This document shows, one piece after another, positions 60,842-64,000 of a stretch of 64,000 nucleotides of DNA (its first letter is position 1; every line of letters starts with the position of its first letter). The translations under genes and the position numbers were made by a program. The notes beneath the pieces are model-generated. The model was not told the DNA's origin. It did no database searches and worked only from the letters and a program-made list of their open reading frames with translations. This DNA comes from Takakia lepidozioides (taxonomy: Eukaryota; Plantae; Bryophyta). The DNA is taken from positions 96,100,001-96,164,000 of the forward strand of contig CM060731.1 of the NCBI GenBank assembly GCA_030704615.1, in the 5' to 3' direction.

Positions 60842-63800
60842 ATGAATTGGGAAAGAGGAACGGAGCGTACCAGGGGAAATGCGCATCCAACCAATCCACA
60901 AATCCTCCCGCTGCCTGAGACAGGTCTGAAATTGATGGAGGGCCGCTTCTCTAGCATCACGAGTGGTGGCCCCACACCACAACGAATGGCTGGATTCAAA
61001 AGTGAGTTGCGAGGAATTGATTGGGAATCTTTGAAGCAGGTGCCTGTGAAGTTCTTGCCAAAGACTTTTGATGGCGATATCCTATTCGAGCTGCCTCCTT
61101 CTCCGCGAGTTGGAGGTGTAACAATCATGATGCATGGAATGGACAAGAAACACGACGGGCACCCGTGGTGCAGAACAAAAACATCCAATATTCAAAATGA
61201 TGACAAGCTTGTTTTCAGGAGAACAGTTTGCAATGGACACCTTAGGTGTGATAATTTGAATTGCAGACACTTTCTTCAGTTTGGGGTTCATAATCAAAGC
61301 GAATGGGAGGGTCTGGCGGAAAATCCATTTCAGCCTGGGACTGCCCTACCACTGGCAAACACTTTCGTCTGCAAATTCTGCAAACTTGTGCCATCCTGCT
61401 TGGCGCTCTGCGGAGCAAGAATGTACTATGTTGTCCACCGTTTGAAAACAATGAAAGAGCTTGTGTGCATTTCGGATTCCATAACCATCCTGTCTTGAGG
61501 GGGATTACAGGGAGAGTGTTGAGACAGTATCGAGGTTGATTAAACAGGAGTTCGGGAGAAACCCATCCGCACATCTGCAATTGCTCTTGGCGCAAGCAAG
61601 TCCTTCTTGGAAAGCCATATTTTGAGTGAAGGGGATTCTGTGGGGACTAAACTGACGGTCCAGCATTGGACCTGGTCATGGATCATTTCTCCACTTTGAG
61701 TTCACCTAACATTCGGCATTAGGTCAATGCATTAAGAATGGGCTCTGGTATCAGATGCTACATAGACAACATTTTGGAGTTGAAACGAGTGAGCAAGTAT
61801 GATTACATCCAGGACAATGTATTCCCAGGTCATTGAAGAGGCGGTTGTCCCAAACAAGACAGAAAATGGACGGGCGTCAACTGTATTGGTTGGTCTACGT
61901 CCCATCAAAGTTTTTCTTTTCAAAATGTCGACTGTTGGGGAGGGCAGTGGGGTTAGCCTCGTGAAGCGGATGCAGAAGACTGGGGACTTGCAGAACTGTT
62001 TTCTTATGTTTGATCATGTGAAACGAGTGAAGGATTGGACGACAATGGCTTGTCATGTCTACAATCCAGTTTACCAACGAGTTATGACAATTGCAGTTTG
62101 TGACATGCAATCCGAGGATATGGAATCCCAGAAGCTCATGTGGAATTCCCTGATACGTGTCATGGGCTGCCATCTCCAAATTTCGCAGGTTTCATGGCAG
62201 ATAGTGCTCAAGCAAATTTCAATGCTGTTCGTATTGTCTTCGGATCGGGCGACCCAAAAGTGCCAATGCGAGGAAGAGAGCGTACATGTCTATTCCATTG
62301 GACACAATCTTTGGAAAAACATACAAAGTCGGACATCAAACCAGAGATGCAGACTCAACACCGTAAATTGTGCAAAGAGTACAAAGATGCTAGAACAATG
62401 AAGGAGGCGGACACTTTGTTCCAGACAATTCGTGTTTGGTGGTTCTTTTATGGAGCTGCATCACTTGAGAGTATGAGAGCATTGGAAGATTGGCTGGCGT
62501 TTTGGCACTTCCGGTATAGACAGTGGGGAGCAGCCATGGCAGTGATACGAGGCTTATATTTCTTGCTTTATTCATACATTTACTTTCCATTTTATTGTCT
62601 CCTCGCTTTCTTTATGTTGTTTCATGTTTACTGTTTTGAAGTGTGGTTCTCCACTTTGTAGAACATGTCCATTGAGGAAATGACGGACATACCATCTTGC
62701 AATTTGGCAGAAACTGTGCACAACGCATGGTTGCAGCAGTCTGGGAAACGAGGTCGGGATTTGTATGTGGCAACAACAGATGATTTGATACGTGCCTTGC
62801 AACAACAAACCCAATACCGTGATTTCTTGCGAGGTGGGGTTGGTGGCAAGGGTTCGGACAAATGGGAGTTGATGTTGCATGCTGCAAACAGATCTGGGGA
62901 TCCAATCAAGATAGCACGGGCGGTGAGCATGTATGCCCAGGGAACGCCACTTGTTTCTAGAGTTCCACATGTTGAAGGGGAGGAGAGATTCGGCTCTTGT
63001 AAGAGGAAATTGAACACTCCACCTGGTTCGGATTCCGATTCGCACAGGGCAGACCGTGATAACTTCTCGAAGCCTCGTGTTCCCCTGCATGACAGCTCCA
63101 TGTCAGGAACCTCCATTGTGGAGGAACCTCCAACACGACGTCAAGCTCCAGCATCAAACAGTGCCACTGAAATGGTGCAGGAGAGAAACAACCCCTTTGA
63201 TGTGCTTGAGTCCGCATGCCCCGACCACGTTTGGCACATAGAACGCACAAGTGTAGGGTCTCGTGTGAAATGTACAGCGATCAAGGCAATTAATTTCGAG
63301 CAGTGCACTTCATCTATATCCAGAGGTGGTGCCCGAACTCCTGCTCCGACTTTCACGGGTTTGATGCGTCCATACGGTCAACCAGAAGCCAAGAACCACA
63401 AGTTCTGGTTCTGCGCAGATGATTGTGCCAGATGTGTGCATGGAACTGTGCGTCCTTCCGTAGTGATGAAGCCATCTCCTCCAACCGTTTGGCCCGTGAG
63501 GGTGGGAACACATCTCAGATTTCAGGAGATTGAAATGCTGGAGGAGGCAGGTTTTTTCCTTGCGAGACAACCCCAACTCCATGCATGTGCTACTACTTCT
63601 GCGTCCTCCCGGGTCCCCCCGGCAAATCCTGACTTGTGGCCAGCCAAACGAGATGGAAAGCTCGTTCGGCGTTTCCCTCCAACCGCTGAACACTTTGGCA
63701 AAGTGGAGTCCGCAAGAATGCTCCAAGCTCGTGTTGGAAGCACCACGGAAGTACCCGATCCAGGATATGGTCGGGTATTCACAATCATCACTTCCACATC

Positions 63801-64000
63801 TGCTGTTCATGACAGGACCTACGACATCACGGTTTCCAATTTCCCCAATTGCACATGTCCTGATTTTGTGAATATGCTATCAACCAGTTTGGGCAAGAGA
63901 GGTAAATTTATACCCTGCAAACATTTGTATTTCATATTTTTGAAGAGGATGGTTTGCGATCCCAAACGTGACAACTTCATTCACTAGGCCACTATGAGTT
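60842..64000 (+). pseudogene. MULE transposase subfamily M3 (closest to M1), disrupted, runs off the window
   Basis: DGHPWCRTKT GCM-like region; MFDH, FMAD, CLFHW, NLAETVH; SWIM CTCPDF…PCKH; intron at 62542-62661; stops and frameshifts. Confidence 0.88.

Overview
This is a eukaryotic window made entirely of transposon sequence, most likely from a non-seed land plant (inferred from the element lineages and GT-AG introns). No host gene, RNA gene or CRISPR array is evident, and there is a 500-N gap at 16324-16823. It is a nest of a dead hAT, three Ty3/gypsy families and four Mutator-like (MULE) transposase loci. Family A is a chromovirus with two full copies carrying TSDs. Family B is a Met-primed non-chromovirus, and family C is an Athila/Tat-like element with a probable Arg primer. 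The MULE transposases fall into three subfamilies with a GCM-like/DDE/SWIM architecture. Two candidates for undescribed biology stand out. (1) A 14.2-kb TIR-bounded MULE (17020-31244) has an intact spliced transposase and a divergent, intron-containing cargo gene with ParB/Srx-like (DGNHR) and beta-class N6/N4 DNA-methyltransferase-like motifs. Its non-coding DNA is filled with dozens of copies of the palindrome GGAAATTCGGCGCCGAATTTCC. (2) In gypsy family B the 5' LTR lacks its 3' attachment end, while a complete att-TA-att palindrome follows the PPT, which fits integration through a circular DNA intermediate. All domain calls are from motif recognition by eye; no searches were run.
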